Shown here one piece after another: positions 63,656 to 64,000 of a stretch of DNA of 64,000 bases (position 1 is the first letter of the stretch; each line of letters starts with the position of its first letter). The translations under genes were made by a program, and so were the position numbers. Location of the stretch: NCBI GenBank assembly GCA_964571655.1, contig CAZNCX010000001.1, forward strand, positions 1,144 to 65,143, given 5' to 3'. Origin of the DNA: an uncultured Elusimicrobium sp. (GTDB lineage Bacteria; Elusimicrobiota; Elusimicrobia; Elusimicrobiales; Elusimicrobiaceae). Under the pieces are notes generated by a model. The model was not told where the DNA came from. It worked only from the letters and a program-made list of their open reading frames with translations, and ran no database searches.

Positions 63656-63923
63656 CACCGCGCCTCCTTAGGTAATTTTTTGTACTTTTTGACTTCGTTG
63701 TTTCTATAGGTAGCTTGCAGCGGATAATAACTAAAGCATAAAACGGGTCTTTTTTACATTCTAACAAATATACGGCAAGATATCTGCTTTTTTGTGCTTT
63801 ACTCTCCCTAAACAAAAGCCGATAGATAAGGGTGTAATAAGGATAAATAAAATAAAGAATATATTTACGGGGGGAATATGTTAAACTATAATCTGTACAA
63901 ACCGACAGTTAAGAAGGCTAAAA

Positions 63924-64000
63924 ATGAAAATACTAAAAGTACTTTTTTCAGTTTGCCTGTTAACTTTAATCTTAGGGGTCAGTTCTTATTCCAACGACAG
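63924..64000 (+). CDS. 5' fragment of a secreted/exported protein gene (runs off window)
   Basis: The ATG at 63924 gives MKILKVLFSVCLLTLILGVSSYSND.., which is signal-peptide-like. Only 25 codons are visible. Confidence 0.4.
   Translation, partial: MKILKVLFSVCLLTLILGVSSYSND

Noticed and set aside
63615-63815. 66-aa minus-strand ORF upstream of and overlapping the kamA start
   Set aside because: It is in a different frame and runs through the kamA SD and start. It has no SD of its own and a basic low-complexity product. It is more likely the 5' leader/promoter region of kamA.
63659-63923. Possible lysine riboswitch (L-box) in the kamA leader
   Set aside because: I read the ~260-nt upstream region on the coding strand. 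I found none of the conserved L-box helices or motifs and no terminator/antiterminator pair, so there is no support.

Overview
This 64-kb window is a compact, moderately AT-rich stretch of a bacterial chromosome. The gene content points to a diderm anaerobe: outer-membrane proteins, an LPS heptose epimerase, and an anaerobe-type O2/ROS defence set. A pilin-like gene and the general gene set would fit an Elusimicrobia-like organism, but I cannot verify taxonomy without a search. I count about 62 protein genes and one tRNA-Gly(GCC). I saw no rRNA, CRISPR array, transposase, integrase or prophage. All product calls come from motif recognition by eye on the supplied translations; no database search was run. 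Layout: (1) 1-5.9 kb has a pilin-like gene, a DegT aminotransferase, an MgtC/DUF1646-like/DoxX-like membrane cluster, an OMP and a deoxyhypusine-synthase-like gene. (2) 6-26 kb has housekeeping operons: glyA-mtnP-tatD, squalene/phytoene-synthase-like plus TPR, ybeY-glgC, thyX, nadK-recN, rbfA-nrnA-truB-ribF and nusB-ligA. (3) 28.5-36 kb is an F1Fo ATP synthase operon with an hldD-like sugar epimerase wedged between atpA and atpG. (4) 39.7-53.3 kb is the replication-origin neighbourhood. It holds two parS-like palindromes, parA and parB, then a five-gene O2/ROS detoxification cluster (rubredoxin, flavin reductase, flavodiiron protein, desulfoferrodoxin, rubrerythrin). These are followed by dnaA-dnaN-DUF721-gyrB-gyrA, with DnaA boxes on both sides of dnaA. 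(5) 53.4-63.7 kb is the most accessory-looking part. It holds two divergent tandem paralogues of an unrecognisable secreted protein, a Pal/OmpA-like lipoprotein and a 1737-aa repeat-rich autotransporter. It ends with a lysine 2,3-aminomutase plus beta-lysine acetyltransferase (ablAB-like) pair. The most unusual items are the paralogue pair next to the giant autotransporter, the epimerase inside the atp operon, the variant parS palindromes, and recurrent extended -10 promoters including two possible leaderless mRNAs. I found no clear-cut novel multi-gene system; what I report are candidates.
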